This document shows, piece by piece, positions 61,915 through 64,000 of a stretch of 64,000 nucleotides of DNA. Location: positions 159,464,001 to 159,528,000 of the forward strand of contig NC_091984.1 of the NCBI RefSeq assembly GCF_044704955.1, given 5' to 3'. Numbering within the stretch: the first letter of the stretch is position 1; each line of letters starts with the position of its first letter. This DNA comes from Pristiophorus japonicus. Its lineage: Eukaryota. A program made the position numbers and the translations under genes. The notes beneath the pieces are model-generated. The model saw nothing but the letters and a program-made list of their open reading frames with translations. It was not told where the DNA came from and ran no database searches.

Positions 61915-62655
61915 TTTTGTTGTTGAACAAGTGCCCCCTGATTAAAGGGAGCACTAAAACCGACAAACTTAAACAAATTCAACTTTAGACATTCAACTTC
62001 AATCAAATTAAAATTGGATTGCCGGGGTGATGATGCACTCCAGTTCCTCCGGTGCCCACCTCTCGCGGAAGGCCGCGTGTGTACCGGTGGACACCGTGTG
62101 CTCCATCTCCAGGGACACCCTGGCTCGGATGTAACCACGGAAGAGAGGCAGGCAGTCGGGCTGAATGACCCCCTCGACTGCCCATTGCCTGGACCGGCTG
62201 ATGGCTCCCTTGGCCCTGCCCAGGAGCAGTCCCACGAGGAGGCCTTCCGACCTGCCCGCTCCCCTCTGCACAGGGTGCCCAAAGATCAGGAGGGTGGGAC
62301 TGAAGTGCAACCAGAATTTGAGGAGCAGCCCCTTCAAATAATGGAATAGTGGCTGCAACCTCACACATTCTATAAAAACATGGAACACGGACTCCTCCAG
62401 ACCGCAGAAATTGCAGGCAGCTTGGGAATCCGTGAACAGACTTAAAAACTTATTGCACGGGAGTGCTCCATGCAACACCCTCCAGGCCAAGTCCCCAATA
62501 AATAGAGGGAGGAATCCCGCATACAGAGCACTCCATTGGGGATCCCCGCCTCCTCCGGATAGCAAGATGGTGTGCCATGGCGTGTCCGGACGTCAGATGA
62601 GAATGCCAATGTGGAGACTGTGCAAGAGCAGCCCGTACAGGAATCCCCTCCGCAC
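61915..62655 (-). mobile_element. Tx1-clade LINE 3' fragment
   Basis: GDLAWRVLHGA...[17 protein letters not shown]...RERWAPEELECIITP; related to the copies at 25366 and 29761. Confidence 0.88.
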
Positions 62656-62879
62656 AGAGCCAGCTTCACACAACCCCGCTGAGGCCTGTCGCCACTCAAC
62701 AGCACAGTTAGTGCTGGGTGCACGCACCAATCATGTAGGTTACCAGGCAGCACAACATTGGCCTGCTGCCTGCATCGGGAGCTACTGGCGCGGGTTAATC
62801 CCGCATCGTGATTCTCGCGCCCCTTTGCAGGGCCTATCGAATTCATCCCCCATAGAGTCTGTGATCATAGAGATTCTGC

Positions 62880-63365
62880 ACCATGTGTAGGAGGGGATTC
62901 AATGGGTGGTAGAGTCCATGATAGGGTGGGGGGGGGGTACATGGGATGTGGGAGGGGATTCAATGGGTGGTAGAGTCCATGATAGGGTGGGGTGTACATG
63001 GGATGTGGGAGGGGATTCAATGGGTGGTAGAGTCCATGATAGGGTGGGGTGTACATGGGATGTGGGAGGGGATTCAATGGGTGGTAGAGCCCATGATAGG
63101 GTGGGGTGTACATGGGATGTGGGAGGGGATTCAATGGGTGGTAGAGTCCATGATAGGGTGGGGTGTACATGGGATGTGGGAGGGGATTCAATGGGTGGTA
63201 GAGCCCATGATAGGGTGGGGTGTACATGGGATGTGGGAGGGGATTCAATGGGTGGTAGAGTCCATGATAGGGTGGGGTGTACATGGGATGTGGGAGGGGA
63301 TTCAATGGGTGGTAGAGCCCATGATAGGGTGGGGTGTACATGGGATGTGGGAGGGGATTCAATGA
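62880..63365. repeat. 57-bp minisatellite, about 8 copies
   Basis: Unit atgggatgtgggaggggattcaatgggtggtagagtccatgatagggtggggtgtac. Confidence 0.95.
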
Positions 63366-63493
63366 GCTAATGGGTAAAAGGCCTTTTCTCATTCTAGGTA
63401 TTTGATATTTTGAAGGAAAATAAAACCAGGGAAAGTTCAGCTCACTCCCCGTGACCTTGGAAATTACGGTTGGGTGAAAGAAAGAAAAATACA

Positions 63494-64000
63494 GACTTGC
63501 ATTTATATAGCGCCTTTCACATCCTCAGGATGTCACAAGTGCTTTACAGCCAATTAAATAATTTTTGAAGTGTAGTCACTGTTGTATAGTAGGAAACGTG
63601 GCAGCCAATTTGCGCACAGCAAGCTCCCACAAACAACAATGTGATAATGAGCTGATAATCTGTTTCCGTGAAAGAGGAAAGTGTGTCCTATTCTCCTGAA
63701 CTGTCAGCCCATGGGTTTTTTATTAATTCATGGAATGTGGGCATTGCTGGTTAGGCCAGCATTTATTATAAGAAATAGGAGCAGGAGTAGACCATTTTGC
63801 CTCTCGAACCTGCTCCACCATTCACTAAGATCATGGCTGACCTGATCATGGACTCAGCTCCACTTCCCTGCCCGCTTTCCATGACCCTTTATTCTCTGAT
63901 TGTTCAAAAATCAGTCAATCTCCGCCTTAAATATATTCAGTGACCCAGCCTCCACAGCTCTCTGGGGCAGAGAATTCCACAGATTTATAACCGTCAGAGA
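63494..64000 (-). mobile_element. SINE 3' fragment (63494-63670) and CR1 3' end (63768-64000)
   Basis: Tails match other SINE and CR1 copies in the window. Confidence 0.7.

Overview
Vertebrate genomic DNA, very probably a cartilaginous fish (shark-type Ig kappa V and shark-like CR1/Tx1/Gypsy repeats; this is inference). The + strand carries a complete spliced RNase L gene: six coding exons from 3480 to 44021, 807 aa, ankyrin repeats + pseudokinase + KEN ribonuclease. It differs from mammalian RNase L in three ways: one extra ankyrin repeat, an HRD catalytic loop, and an IRE1-like activation segment. About 12 kb past its stop codon, on the - strand, lies an intact Ig kappa-type V segment (leader, V exon, 12-bp-spacer RSS) with no J or C visible. 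Between them is a decayed, apparently intronless MROH-like pseudogene whose coding sequence seems to have seeded a 4-kb, 52-bp tandem array. The introns are filled with CR1/L2 LINEs, a full Gypsy element, SINEs and an 11.7-kb 42/38-bp satellite with higher-order structure; Harbinger remnants lie outside the coding span. The most striking structure is at 28876-30855. Four Tx1-clade retrotransposon 3' ends are stacked at one 13-bp site inside a CR1 LINE, each separated by a copy of that site, and three are truncated at the same nucleotide. This suggests a Tx1 family that specifically targets CR1. All family assignments come from motif recognition without database searches.
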